A DNA stretch of 64,000 nucleotides from an uncultured Gammaproteobacteria bacterium (GTDB taxonomy: Bacteria > Pseudomonadota > Gammaproteobacteria > Legionellales > Legionellaceae): positions 14,120-78,119 of the forward strand of contig CAWAUF010000015.1 in the NCBI GenBank assembly GCA_963785145.1, written 5' to 3'. Both the position numbers and the translations under genes were made by a program. The stretch's first letter is position 1. Every line of letters starts with the position of its first letter. Under the pieces are notes generated by a model, which did no database searches, had not been told where the DNA came from, and saw nothing but the letters and a program-made list of their open reading frames with translations. Positions 1-10,020 of the stretch are shown here, piece by piece.

Positions 1-112
1 TTTGGATAATCGCTTATTTTATCTTCAGGTATATTATTTTTAGCCATTGATACATCCTCATTTTTTATAAATTATAACACTTCCAATTGGGATTGGAATT
101 GAGAGGATTAAC

Positions 113-173
113 GCGATGCTCAACTTTTCACGGAACCATACGGGCCCGGGCCCGTGAGCGAGCCCGAGCCCGC
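113..173. repeat. Left terminal inverted repeat (about 61 bp, GC-rich) of the composite mobile element. It contains the internal perfect palindrome ACGGGCCCGGGCCCGT.
   Basis: Its reverse complement is found at 1222-1282. The same sequence recurs at 43535-43595, 62841-62896 and 63940-64000. Confidence 0.85.
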
Positions 174-184
174 CCGAGTTCCGC

Positions 185-538
185 CTAATCTGTTTTTTTT
201 GCCATTTTAGTCAACATCATAACAATGCGATTCAGTAATTCTCTTGTTAATTGATAATATTCATCATGTATAATGTTTAAACGTTTGGATACTTCCAATA
301 TCGCTGCGGTTTCTGTAGCAGAACGTTTTGCCATGCGGTAGAATCTACTTTTTTCGTTAGGGGAGAACTCTCCTGAGCCCTCAGCAATATTCAATGAGAT
401 CGATGTCCCAGCTCGTTGAAGTTGGTCGGTTAAATAAGCTCTGCCGCGAGGAAAAGCTGTAGTGATTTTATCAATGAATACCACAACCTCAATGGAGGCT
501 TGGTATACATCCAATTTTTCAAAATCGAAATAACTCAT
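185..538 (-). CDS. Four-helix-bundle protein (23S rRNA intervening-sequence protein / Avd-like family, PF05635-type)
   Basis: 117-aa ORF with the family-typical N-terminus (FxxLxVYQxSIEVVVFIDKIT...FPR) and the NIAEGSG core motif. Identical copy at 63579-63932; frameshifted copy at 43608-43962. Confidence 0.7.
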   Translation of the reverse strand: MSYFDFEKLDVYQASIEVVVFIDKITTAFPRGRAYLTDQLQRAGTSISLNIAEGSGEFSPNEKSRFYRMAKRSATETAAILEVSKRLNIIHDEYYQLTRELLNRIVMMLTKMAKKTD

Positions 539-653
539 AGTTGGATTTCCTTATAATTAAGTTTTGGACTTGAAACAATTTCCTGTTGAGTGACATAGCG
601 CTTTATTGTAATTTGGTTCGCTAAAAAGTGGGGCATTATCAGATAAACTTCAT

Positions 654-1217
654 ATGGCAGATGGATTGCCAATGCCTATTTGCCATTTTAAACGCGCGGG
701 ATTTAGTTCCATCTTTAAGGGTATTGCATCCTATGGTTACTGTGCCTCCAAGAGCGAGACCTACTACGGCTTTAAAGGCAATCTTGCCATTGGTTCCGAT
801 GGGATGATCACAGGAATCACTGTGACGCCGGCTAACATTGATGAACGTGAATCATTATGGGACATCATTGGAAACATTCGCGGTCTTTTAATCGCAGATA
901 AGGGTTTAATTGGCGAGGATTATCAAGCACAAATCAGAGAACACACACAAGTTAACTTGCAGACACCATTACGTAGCAATATGAATGACCCGAGAGGGAG
1001 GCATTTTAGTCGCTGGCTAACATCAACAAGACGACTGGTTGAAACAGTTATTGGGCAACTATCGCAGCAGTTTCACATCGAAAAAGTCAGAGCAAGAGAT
1101 CTGTGGCATTTAACAAACAGAATTGGGAGAAAAGTACTAGCGCATACTGTTTGTATGATGGTCAATAAAATATTAGGAAATCCTCCCTTACAATTTGAGT
1201 GCCTTGAAATTGTTTAA
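654..1217 (+). mobile_element. IS982-family DDE transposase, C-terminal about two thirds only (N-terminus deleted)
   Basis: 187-aa ORF with IS982-like motifs (PMPICHFKRAGF, YGYCASKSETYYGFKG, ADKGLIGEDY). The N-terminal tnp segment is missing here, but remnants of it survive in copy B at 44074 onward (MPIEDFIITVFCLIDDECKK). Confidence 0.7.
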
Positions 1218-1221
1218 AAAC

Positions 1222-1282
1222 CGGGCTCGGGCTCGCTCACGGGCCCGGGCCCGTATGGTTCCGTGAAAAGTTGAGCATCGCG
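1222..1282. repeat. Right terminal inverted repeat of the composite element
   Basis: Reverse complement of 113-173. Confidence 0.85.
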
Positions 1283-1360
1283 TAGGATTACAATTATTTT
1301 AGGTGCAAATGGATTAAGCATGTCGTATCATCGAAGGGTCTATTTTTATGGAGTAAATGC

Positions 1361-1789
1361 ATGAGAGGATGGAAATCGTTATTCGTTTTTGCAGTATCAT
1401 TCACCCCAATGACTCTGTCCGCCGCAATATCCCCTGTTGGCACCTGGACAACCATTGATGATAAAACTGGAGAAAAAAGAGCCGTGGTTCGGATTGAACA
1501 ATCTGGAAATACATTGACTGGTACTATTGTAAGAGTTTTCCCTCAAGCCGGAGACACCGGGATTTGCAACAACTGCCCTGGGGAGTTTAAAGATCAAAAA
1601 ATTCAAGGCCTGCAGTTTCTTCGCCAACTAACCGATGACGGTCACGGCGAATGGGGTGGTGGCACCATTCTTGATCCAAAAACGGGTAAAATGTACAGAG
1701 CCAAAATCACTGTTGCTGGCAATAAACTTTATGTCCGCGGATACATTGGCATATCCGCCATAGGCAGGACACAAACCTGGATACGATAA
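1361..1789 (+). CDS. DUF2147-like secreted protein (signal peptide)
   Basis: 142-aa ORF with an N-terminal signal sequence and the GxWxTIDDKTGE motif typical of DUF2147. Confidence 0.45.
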   Translation: MRGWKSLFVFAVSFTPMTLSAAISPVGTWTTIDDKTGEKRAVVRIEQSGNTLTGTIVRVFPQAGDTGICNNCPGEFKDQKIQGLQFLRQLTDDGHGEWGGGTILDPKTGKMYRAKITVAGNKLYVRGYIGISAIGRTQTWIR

Positions 1790-1793
1790 GACA

Positions 1794-3170
1794 ATGTTTG
1801 ATCTAAAACAGTCTAAAAAAACCGTTGATCCTTTAAAAAGACCTCCTCATTCCGTCGAGGCAGAGCAATCCATCATCGGTGGATTGATGTTGGATAATCA
1901 GGTTTGGGATAAAATCAGCAATAAATTGTGCGAGGCCGATTTTTATCGCATAGAACATCGAATTTTATTTCGCGCAATCGCCACCTTATCCAAAAAGGAT
2001 CAACCCTTTGACGTGGTGACTCTGCTGGATGCCCTGACTTCTTATAATGAATTAGAAGACGCCGGCGGCGAAGCGTATTTGTTTGAATTGGCCAATAACA
2101 CACCCAGTGTGGCCAATGTCACCGCTTATGCAGACATTGTCCGCGAAAAATCCGTTCAAAGACAGCTCATCGGCGTTGCCACTGAAATCGCAGATTCAGC
2201 CTATAATCCGGAAGGCCGTGAGGTACCGGAATTATTGGATTTAGCCGAAAGCAAAGTGTTTGCCATTGGCGAGCAAACTGCTGGCGACGGCGGCCCTGAA
2301 AACATCAAATCCATCTTAGTACGCGCCGTAGAAAAAATCGATGCACTCTATCACAATGGCGATGCACTCACGGGAATAGCCACAGGCTTGACTGATTTAG
2401 ACGAAATGACTTCCGGTTTGCAAGCCTCGGATTTGATCATCGTTGCTGGTCGTCCCTCCATGGGTAAAACCACCTTGGTGATGAACATGGCCGAGCACGC
2501 GGCCATTAAATCGGGCAAACCCGTGCTCGTTTTTTCCATGGAAATGCCGGCTGATTCTTTAGCCATGCGGATGATGTCTTCTTTGGGACGCATTGATCAG
2601 CACCGCATTCGAACGGGTAAATTAAACGACGAAGATTGGCCACGAGTCACCTCTGCAGTGCACATGCTGTCTGAAGCGCCCTTATACATAGACGACAGTC
2701 CGGCTTTAAGTCCTGGAGAATTGCGTACTCGGGCCAGGCGACTGGCCAAAGAACAAGGGGCCTTGGGTTTGATTGTTGTGGATTATCTGCAATTGATGAA
2801 AGCCCCGGGATTCAGTGCCGACAACAGAACGGCTGAAATCTCCGAAATCTCACGCAGCTTGAAATCCTTAGCCAAAGAATTGAGCGTACCCGTGGTTGCC
2901 CTCTCCCAATTAAACCGGAGTTTGGAGCAGCGCGCCGATAAACGTCCCGTGATGTCGGATTTAAGAGAATCGGGCGCAATTGAGCAAGATGCGGATGTCA
3001 TTTGTTTCATTTACCGAGACGAGGTGTATAATAACGACAGCCCTGAAAAGGGTGTGGCCGAAATAATCATTGCAAAGCAACGCAATGGCCCTATTGGCAA
3101 GGTTCGCGTGGCCTTTATTGGCAAATACACACGATTTGAAGATTTGGCCTTTAATGGCCAGCAAGGGTAA
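1794..3170 (+). CDS. dnaB: Replicative DNA helicase DnaB
   Basis: 458 aa with Walker A (GRPSMGKTT) and a DnaB N-terminal domain. Lies in the conserved dnaB-alr neighbourhood. Confidence 0.95.
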   Translation: MFDLKQSKKTVDPLKRPPHSVEAEQSIIGGLMLDNQVWDKISNKLCEADFYRIEHRILFRAIATLSKKDQPFDVVTLLDALTSYNELEDAGGEAYLFELANNTPSVANVTAYADIVREKSVQRQLIGVATEIADSAYNPEGREVPELLDLAESKVFAIGEQTAGDGGPENIKSILVRAVEKIDALYHNGDALTGIATGLTDLDEMTSGLQASDLIIVAGRPSMGKTTLVMNMAEHAAIKSGKPVLVFSMEMPADSLAMRMMSSLGRIDQHRIRTGKLNDEDWPRVTSAVHMLSEAPLYIDDSPALSPGELRTRARRLAKEQGALGLIVVDYLQLMKAPGFSADNRTAEISEISRSLKSLAKELSVPVVALSQLNRSLEQRADKRPVMSDLRESGAIEQDADVICFIYRDEVYNNDSPEKGVAEIIIAKQRNGPIGKVRVAFIGKYTRFEDLAFNGQQG

Positions 3171-3176
3171 ACCCAG

Positions 3177-4253
3177 GTGTCCAGACCAACCCAATTCATC
3201 ATCAAACCCAGCTCGCTCTTGCACAATGTGGCGCAAGTGAAGCGCTTTGCGCCCAACAAAAAAATCATCGCCATGGTCAAGGCCAATGCCTATGGATGCG
3301 GCGTTCGACAGGTAGCACCTACTTTAGAAGGGCATGTGGATGCCTTTGGGGTGGCCTGCATAGAAGAAGCGCTGCTGCTTCGTTCCATTGGCATTCGCAC
3401 CGAGTGTTTGATTTTCCAGGGTATCTTTCACCCCTCTGAATTGCAAATCGCAGTCGAGCAAGGCTTCAGTCTGGTACTTCATCAAACCGAACAATTGCAG
3501 TGGCTGTTAAACACACCTCTCAAAAGCCCTCTAAAACTCTGGGTCAAAGTGAACACGGGCATGAACCGCCTGGGTTTGGACATTGCTCAACTCACAGAGG
3601 TGATGCATGCCCTGCAAGGCTGTGCCTGGGTGGATAAAAACATTGGATTGATGACTCACTTAGCCTGTGCCGATGAACCCGAACGCATTGAAAATGCAAA
3701 ACAAATTGCCTTATTCAATGAGATCTCCATCTCAGGCTTTACCCAACGCAGCATGGCCAATTCAGCAGCCCTCATGGCCTTACCCCAAACGCATGCGGAC
3801 GCACTAAGACCTGGACTCATGCTCTATGGAGTATCTCCCTTTGCCCATCAAACTTCCCTGGATTTGGGTTTAAGGCCGGTCATGCATTTTATGTCTGCAA
3901 TCACCGCCATTCACTCCATCTCTGCCAGTGTCCAAGTGGGTTACACTGGCGCTTGGCAAAGCAGCAAACCCGCCATCATCGGCATTGTGGCCGCGGGCTA
4001 TGGCGATGGATACCCCAGGCACATCACAAATAACACACCCGTGTGGATACAAGGGCAGGAAGTATCCATTGTGGGAAAAGTGTCTATGGACACCTTAGCC
4101 GTGGATTTGACCCATCACCCAGAAATCAAATTAGGCGATCCGGTTGAACTGTGGGGCAATCATGTGTTGATAGAACGCATCGCCAAATCCGCAGGCACAA
4201 TTGCCTACGAATTGTTATGCCAAACCTCCAGTCGTGCACGGTATACTCTTTAA
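3177..4253 (+). CDS. alr: Alanine racemase
   Basis: GTG start. PLP motif [11 protein letters not shown]. Immediately downstream of dnaB. Confidence 0.9.
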   Translation: MSRPTQFIIKPSSLLHNVAQVKRFAPNKKIIAMVKANAYGCGVRQVAPTLEGHVDAFGVACIEEALLLRSIGIRTECLIFQGIFHPSELQIAVEQGFSLVLHQTEQLQWLLNTPLKSPLKLWVKVNTGMNRLGLDIAQLTEVMHALQGCAWVDKNIGLMTHLACADEPERIENAKQIALFNEISISGFTQRSMANSAALMALPQTHADALRPGLMLYGVSPFAHQTSLDLGLRPVMHFMSAITAIHSISASVQVGYTGAWQSSKPAIIGIVAAGYGDGYPRHITNNTPVWIQGQEVSIVGKVSMDTLAVDLTHHPEIKLGDPVELWGNHVLIERIAKSAGTIAYELLCQTSSRARYTL

Positions 4254-4466
4254 CCCATTACTCTACCATTTTATCGCCGCCAAAGTTTTATCTGCCGTGA
4301 TCATTCGAATTAAATGCCAAGAAACCAATTGGGTTTGGTCTTCCAACTCCCAGCCTGATCTGACAAAGGAATTCCGAGTCTTTGAATAATTTTTCCTAGG
4401 TATGGATAATAACTAAACTTGATGATAGAATGGCAGGCGATTTGCAACGTATTAATCAGGTGACCT

Positions 4467-4904
4467 ATGATGAAAAAAATTTTGATGACTTTATCTCTAA
4501 CAGCCATGCTCGTGGGTTGCGCCAATGAAGACGTGGGTTCGGTCTCAGGTGCCATTGCTGGTGGTTTATTAGGCAGCCAATTCGGCGGCGGTTCAGGCCA
4601 AGTAATAGCAGCTGGCGTGGGAGCCCTAGCAGGTGCGTATTTAGGTGGCCAAATCGGTCGAAGCATGGATAGACAAGATCAACTGGAAATGCAACATGCC
4701 CTTGAATCAGCCCCTACAGGACGCGTTGTGGCCTGGTCCAATCCCAACGGCAACCGTTATTCTGTCAGACCAACCAGAACCTACTACGAAGACACACAAC
4801 CTTGCCGTGAATACACCACCCGTGCCTTAATCGGTGGAAAATCCCAAGAAATTTATGGTAGAGCTTGTCGTCAGGCGGATGGATCTTGGCAAGTAGTGAA
4901 TTAA
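4467..4904 (+). CDS. Glycine-zipper outer-membrane lipoprotein (17-kDa surface antigen / SlyB-like family)
   Basis: Lipobox LVGC, a Gly-rich GxxxG zipper segment and a C-terminal conserved domain. Confidence 0.65.
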   Translation: MMKKILMTLSLTAMLVGCANEDVGSVSGAIAGGLLGSQFGGGSGQVIAAGVGALAGAYLGGQIGRSMDRQDQLEMQHALESAPTGRVVAWSNPNGNRYSVRPTRTYYEDTQPCREYTTRALIGGKSQEIYGRACRQADGSWQVVN

Positions 4905-4915
4905 AATTTAAATAG

Positions 4916-4948
4916 AAATCCGCAGATGCAGCCGCCTGCGGATTTTCT
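4916..4948 (+). terminator. Rho-independent terminator
   Basis: 10-bp stem AAATCCGCAG/CTGCGGATTT followed by a T-run, 12 nt after the stop codon. Confidence 0.6.
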
Positions 4949-5034
4949 TACAATTAAAACTGTATCCTCCTGGTCCCTAACCCTGTCCACACATTCCAAA
5001 TTGTGCTATATTTATACAAGGCAAAGCAATTTTC

Positions 5035-5481
5035 ATGGAGAATGAGATGGCCAATTTAATTCACAACGTGCTGCAGTCGCCTCCCCGCAAAATCATTTAC
5101 ATACATCCCAATGACACGATGGAAAAATGCATTCAATTGATGACCGAATTGGATATTGGCGCCCTAGTTGTTGTGGATAACGACGATCTTTTGGTGGGCA
5201 TAGTCAGTGAACGCGACATCGTGCGTTCTTTATACAAAGGTTCTGATCCTAAGCATACAAAGGCAAAAGAGATTGCTTTTTCCGCAGTAACCATACTCAG
5301 TCCACACGATGTGGTAGAAAAGGCCATGCAAGCCATCACCAAAACGAAAAGAAGACATCTTCTAATCTACGATAAAAAAGAACGCGTTTCGATTTTATCC
5401 ATAGGCGATTTACTTTATTACTTATTAGAGGATCAATCGCGAACGATTGAACAATTGGAAAATTACATTCATACTTACTAG
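5035..5481 (+). CDS. CBS-domain pair protein
   Basis: 148 aa with a CBS-like pattern (GALVVVDNDDLLVGIVSERDIV). Confidence 0.6.
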   Translation: MENEMANLIHNVLQSPPRKIIYIHPNDTMEKCIQLMTELDIGALVVVDNDDLLVGIVSERDIVRSLYKGSDPKHTKAKEIAFSAVTILSPHDVVEKAMQAITKTKRRHLLIYDKKERVSILSIGDLLYYLLEDQSRTIEQLENYIHTY

Positions 5482-5504
5482 CATTGCCCTTTTAAATATT
5501 TCTT

Positions 5505-6680
5505 TTGATGAAAATTCTTATACGACTTTTTTTATTCTGCATGCTTGCATCGAACAACCTCTGGTCCGAATCAACTCCCATCACTTGGTATACGCTGGAT
5601 GCAAATAAACAAGCGACAATTGCGGTTGAATTGTTTTTATCAAGCACGTGTTCGCATTGTCATAAGGCGGATGATTTTTTCAAATCCATAGAACAATCCA
5701 ATCCTTGGCTGAAAGTCCATCGCCATGTCATCAACAATGACAAGCAGGCCTTGATTTTGTTTAGCCAACTTCTAAACCAATTAGGACTCAAGGATTTCTC
5801 AGTGCCCTCCATGTTTTTTTGCAATTCCCGCTGGAGTGGCTTTGCAACTTCTCAAACCAGTGGCAGAGATCTGCTGCAGGCCTTGAAATATTGCAAGCAA
5901 CACATTGAAAAAAAAGGGGAATTAACTCAAAACACAAGCACAGTACTGCAACAACAGGCCAATTCCAACAAAGGAGTTCAAATCAAAGAACCTTCTTCCA
6001 TTAAAACCACCCTTTACATTGCAGCAATCAATCTCATGTACTCTTGCTCTATTTTCTGTATTATGACCTTTTTAAGCATCCTGTTTTTGCAGCCAAATCG
6101 CAAAGATCAACTGCTGTTAGGCCTTTTATTTATCATCACCCTAAGCCTCATGCATTTTTTCCAACAAAGGCATATGGGTATTTATTTTACACTTCTACCC
6201 TGGATGCGTATTCCGGCAGCTTTAATAGGCTTGTTATCCGTGCAGGTGGCCAGACTGCATTATCAAAATCAGGTCACAGTCTTCTTATCGTATGCAACGA
6301 CCTTTTTATTGGCCTTGATGATTGGATTGTATCAACAAACCTGCTCCACCAATTGGTTTTATCTGTTTGAACAATGGCTGACTCAACACCACTTCGATGC
6401 AGTCCAAACTGCTTTTTATGCAACCTTGTATCACTTTACCTACGTTTTACCCTTGTTGTTGGTACTGATCCTGTATTTGTTCCTGGTCAATGCAAAGCGC
6501 TTGAGAGCATTTAAAAATCGGTTAAGACCCCTAGGCATGCTATTTTTTGTCACCATCGGTTGCATTTTAATCGCATACCCCTTTGCTTTGTCTTACTTAT
6601 ATACGTCTTATTTCATACTCCTTCTCCTGCCTATCTGCGCATGGCTTATTAATCGGTTTTATTTAAAGAAAACCGAATAA
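5505..6680 (+). CDS. Thioredoxin-fold (CSHC) periplasmic domain fused to a polytopic membrane domain; unknown function
   Basis: Signal peptide, then a CxxC (CSHC) thioredoxin-like N-terminal domain. The C-terminal half is hydrophobic with about 7-8 predicted TM segments. Confidence 0.45.
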   Translation: MMKILIRLFLFCMLASNNLWSESTPITWYTLDANKQATIAVELFLSSTCSHCHKADDFFKSIEQSNPWLKVHRHVINNDKQALILFSQLLNQLGLKDFSVPSMFFCNSRWSGFATSQTSGRDLLQALKYCKQHIEKKGELTQNTSTVLQQQANSNKGVQIKEPSSIKTTLYIAAINLMYSCSIFCIMTFLSILFLQPNRKDQLLLGLLFIITLSLMHFFQQRHMGIYFTLLPWMRIPAALIGLLSVQVARLHYQNQVTVFLSYATTFLLALMIGLYQQTCSTNWFYLFEQWLTQHHFDAVQTAFYATLYHFTYVLPLLLVLILYLFLVNAKRLRAFKNRLRPLGMLFFVTIGCILIAYPFALSYLYTSYFILLLLPICAWLINRFYLKKTE

Positions 6681-6689
6681 GGGCTTGGA

Positions 6690-6950
6690 ATGAATGAGGC
6701 CGAATTCAGACACTTACTACCCATAGCCATTGAGGTGGAGCAAGGCAAAAGCTACATCTGGTGTGGCTGCGGTTTGAGTAAAAATCCACCCTTTTGTGAT
6801 AAAACCAATTGCAGCAAGGCCATCACCATTCGTGCCCAATTGAACGAGACCCTTCACTTTTGTAACTGCAAACACACTAAAAATCCACCCTGGTGTGATG
6901 GTTCTCATGCCAAATTGTTAATGGAGGCATTAAAAAAAAGAAAACCCTAA
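6690..6950 (+). CDS. CDGSH-type iron-sulfur domain protein (two motifs)
   Basis: CxC...PFCD and CNC...PPWCDGSHA motifs. Confidence 0.7.
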   Translation: MNEAEFRHLLPIAIEVEQGKSYIWCGCGLSKNPPFCDKTNCSKAITIRAQLNETLHFCNCKHTKNPPWCDGSHAKLLMEALKKRKP

Positions 6951-7000
6951 ATTCAATCTATAATATTAAAAAACAACACAAAACCACTGGAGATCGGATC

Positions 7001-7192
7001 ATGGAATGTAAATGCAGCAAATGCGGTATGAGCGTAAAAAATTTAACCTGCGGTAAATGCAATGCGGCCTTAGTTGAAGACACCATTCAAACCGGGCAAG
7101 GCGATCGCATCAAAGTGGCCAAGTGCCCTAAAGGCTGCGGAAAAATCAAATCCCCAACCTGTTGTGGACAAGACATGTCCTGTTCAGTTTAG
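7001..7192 (+). CDS. Small Cys-rich metal-binding protein (12 Cys in 63 aa)
   Basis: CxC-x2-C, CGKC and CPKGCGK...CC motifs. Confidence 0.4.
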   Translation: MECKCSKCGMSVKNLTCGKCNAALVEDTIQTGQGDRIKVAKCPKGCGKIKSPTCCGQDMSCSV

Positions 7193-7303
7193 AACTGCGT
7201 GTTTTTTTTTAAAACCAACATTGAGCATGAGGCGGTAGTCTCGAGCACCGATGTCATGCTCGATGGCATCTTGGTGTGTTCGCTATTTAAATCCCTGAAG
7301 TGT

Positions 7304-8494
7304 TTACAATCCCAACCAGCGTATGAAATGACTGGAGGGTCTAAGTCCCACGGCTGACTTTGACTCAAAGGAGATGGAGTAATGTTTGTTATCCACCACT
7401 TTCAATTCCTTGACTTTCCCAAAGGGTACAATTTTCATTTGGGTCTCGGTATAACCACGAATTATCTTAAGAACTGGGGTCACCAAATGAAGTGCATTGA
7501 GCAATTCTTGATTGTCTATTTTGTTTTTTGCCAGATTGTTGAATTCAAGCGTACTCAGAGCGATGTATTCCGCATGGTCAATTTGACGTCTTAGCATGCG
7601 TCCAAGGGGCGGTTTGGTTTGAAATATGTGCTCATACGTTTCCGCTGGTATGGTTAGAATGGCTTCTAGTTTATTTAAATCAGCAAACAAAACGTCTTCT
7701 CGCGCTTCGTTTTCTCCAAGGGCGGGTTTTATTTCGTTTTGTACTCTGGCTAAATTCACTTTGAGAGGAACTCCCTCGCAATTTAAAAACCTTGATTTCA
7801 CCAACCAATTCTCATTCGGATAATACACGACGAATAAAGAATTACCTTTTATCGTATTGATAATCGGTTGAAACAAGGCTTTGGGCACCGCAGGACATCC
7901 CCAGCTGCGGCCAGGTCTTCCGTATTTTTTTATAAAATCCTCACTCATATACCACCCACCATGCATGACTATGGAGCGATTTGCCGCATTGTCATTGAAA
8001 CTGACTTCCAAGCCAGTCAACCTCAAGGACAAACCTTCGCGGCCATAATAGGCTTGATCCGTTCTATACACCCCGATGCTGCTGGCTTTTGAGTTTTGTT
8101 TGTTTGAAAAATAATTGGTAAACAAAGTACCTGACTTAATGCCATGAGACACGTAGGTATGGAAAAGCAGCTTGTTTTCTTTGAGATCAAAAACCCACAG
8201 TCTTTTTTCATTAGATGGCAAGGAATAATCAATCACCGTTAAAATGTTGTTGTGATCCACACGATGTTCTGTGGTGCATTTCAAAGCCCTCATGACTTTA
8301 TCCAACACCAAAGGTTTGAGTGTGGAAGCCTGTTGCTGCAACATTTGCCTTATATCGTTTGGCGATTGCTGAGCCTCTTGTGTTGTAGGAGGTAAGTCTG
8401 CGGCCGCAGGGATTGTCGACGGCAATGTTGTGAATGAAAACCAAGAAAAATGATTGAATGCAACCGTTAAAAACAAGGCAAGGAATATTCCCAT
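7304..8494 (-). CDS. L,D-transpeptidase catalytic-domain family protein (Legionella EnhA-like)
   Basis: HGGWY...GRSWGCPAV catalytic motif, signal peptide, and a C-terminal extension of about 170 aa. Confidence 0.6.
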   Translation of the reverse strand: MGIFLALFLTVAFNHFSWFSFTTLPSTIPAAADLPPTTQEAQQSPNDIRQMLQQQASTLKPLVLDKVMRALKCTTEHRVDHNNILTVIDYSLPSNEKRLWVFDLKENKLLFHTYVSHGIKSGTLFTNYFSNKQNSKASSIGVYRTDQAYYGREGLSLRLTGLEVSFNDNAANRSIVMHGGWYMSEDFIKKYGRPGRSWGCPAVPKALFQPIINTIKGNSLFVVYYPNENWLVKSRFLNCEGVPLKVNLARVQNEIKPALGENEAREDVLFADLNKLEAILTIPAETYEHIFQTKPPLGRMLRRQIDHAEYIALSTLEFNNLAKNKIDNQELLNALHLVTPVLKIIRGYTETQMKIVPFGKVKELKVVDNKHYSISFESKSAVGLRPSSHFIRWLGL

Positions 8495-8638
8495 TTTTTT
8501 CCCCTAACAACTAGTCTTATTGTCCATGTAATGATTAATATAGACTAAATAAATAATAAGTGTATTAAAATAGTAATAGAAGATTTAATTATTTTCAATA
8601 AACGAGAATTACACTGATTCGGCTTTATAAAAAAAACC

Positions 8639-9967
8639 TCATTCTAAGACCTGATGGGAAGCATGTACCGTCAGTTCCACGTCTGGTTTAAATTCCAGCA
8701 CCCGCGTTTTCGCATCTTCAATAAGCCAATTTACGGCAACCAGATCGGCAACCCCCCCGCAACCGGAACCCAGCCCGCCAAACGCCGCGTCCCGGGAGCC
8801 TTTATATACCGCTAAAATCGAACCCAATCCATCTATTAATCTACCTGCCGAGCAAACTGATTTATCACCCGAAACGCCATTATCTATTTTAAAACTCCGC
8901 TGAAAAGGCGATGCATTAAAATCAGGCAAGGGGTAAAATGGGCGACCATGCTCGCAAAAGCGCTGTAATACCCATAAGACTTGGCGCTGTGCGCCCCCAA
9001 CTCCCGTGCACCAATAATCATCTCCATCATCCCAGCGTTGTTCTTCATAAAGCCTCGTGCACTTTCTATAGGCATTAATAAGTCTAAATTCTATGCGATT
9101 GTCACAATAACGTTTCCCTTGATGCACGTATTGAATGCCTTTGCGTGACAGCTCATGCTTGGTAATGCGCGCAAGCAGTGCATGCTCTTCGTCGTTGGAG
9201 CGTCGCGCGCTGTTATTTTCCATCTCATTGAATGAGGCATATAATTCGTCTAATGCCTTTTGCTCCCCTGATGAGCTTAGCTTAAGTTCCAGCGGTTCTA
9301 CCGTTTTCGTGTTTTGATTGGCATAGTATAATTGTGCCTGTTTAGTGACAGGATTTTGGTAGTAAATGATTCCGTCTGGGTTTTCAAGTAAGGGGAAGTC
9401 CACTGCTGTATGTATACCATTTACGGTGTAGGTTGTTTTAAACCGCATGATTTCTTCAAAATCAAGGCTAGTTGGGTCACGGTCCATTTTCACTAAATCC
9501 GCACCGCCGCAGTCGATTTGGGCGTATTGTTTTTCCCTAATGGCCTGTAGGTCCAGATCAACCAGCCTAATACCTCTTTGGACACGGATTGTATTGGGTA
9601 TTAATGATCTAATCCGCTCATCCATGTCGGCATCACAAAGAAACTTCACCAGCTGATAAGCAGAAACATTATAAAAAGTTGTTCCTGATGGGTCTGTTAC
9701 TTGCCCTTTTTTAAAGTAAAGCTCAGGGTTTTCGACCACCTGGTTTATTAATGCCTCAAGGTTACCTTGTACTACATTTAAAAGTAAGGGAAGAGCTTCT
9801 TTGGCCTCGTTTAATGCGGGCTTAAAATAAGCGTAATTGTTTTTCGATTGGCAAGCAAGCTCGGCCACTTTTCTTAAGGGCATATCGGGAGAATTTAAAA
9901 TAAATGGGGTTAGAATTTCCTTAGGCAATTCTGCAAGTCGACTCAATTGTGTTTTTGTTGCTGTCAT
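8639..9967 (-). CDS. Hypothetical protein with a possible N-terminal F-box-like motif (putative secreted effector)
   Basis: N-terminal LAELPKEILTPFILNSPDMPLRKVAELAC resembles an F-box. Nothing else in the protein was recognised. Confidence 0.3.
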   Translation of the reverse strand: MTATKTQLSRLAELPKEILTPFILNSPDMPLRKVAELACQSKNNYAYFKPALNEAKEALPLLLNVVQGNLEALINQVVENPELYFKKGQVTDPSGTTFYNVSAYQLVKFLCDADMDERIRSLIPNTIRVQRGIRLVDLDLQAIREKQYAQIDCGGADLVKMDRDPTSLDFEEIMRFKTTYTVNGIHTAVDFPLLENPDGIIYYQNPVTKQAQLYYANQNTKTVEPLELKLSSSGEQKALDELYASFNEMENNSARRSNDEEHALLARITKHELSRKGIQYVHQGKRYCDNRIEFRLINAYRKCTRLYEEQRWDDGDDYWCTGVGGAQRQVLWVLQRFCEHGRPFYPLPDFNASPFQRSFKIDNGVSGDKSVCSAGRLIDGLGSILAVYKGSRDAAFGGLGSGCGGVADLVAVNWLIEDAKTRVLEFKPDVELTVHASHQVLE

Positions 9968-10020
9968 GTGGCACCTTATAAAAAATCATAATGAAATTAA
10001 ATTATACGTTGCTTTTAATA

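Larger units (their letters stand above)
113..1282. mobile_element. Composite mobile element, copy A: IR, four-helix-bundle gene, IS982-like tnp fragment, IR
   Basis: Bounded by inverted 61-bp repeats. The same unit recurs in inverted orientation at 62841-64000. Confidence 0.75.

Noticed and set aside
1-47. Possible 5' end of a minus-strand gene running off the window start (MAKNNIPEDKISDYP...)
   Set aside because: Only 15 codons are visible, which is too little to support a call.
4310-4666. 118-aa minus-strand ORF rich in Pro and Ala
   Set aside because: Antisense to the well-supported glycine-zipper lipoprotein gene and its upstream region, low-complexity and with no RBS; most likely spurious.
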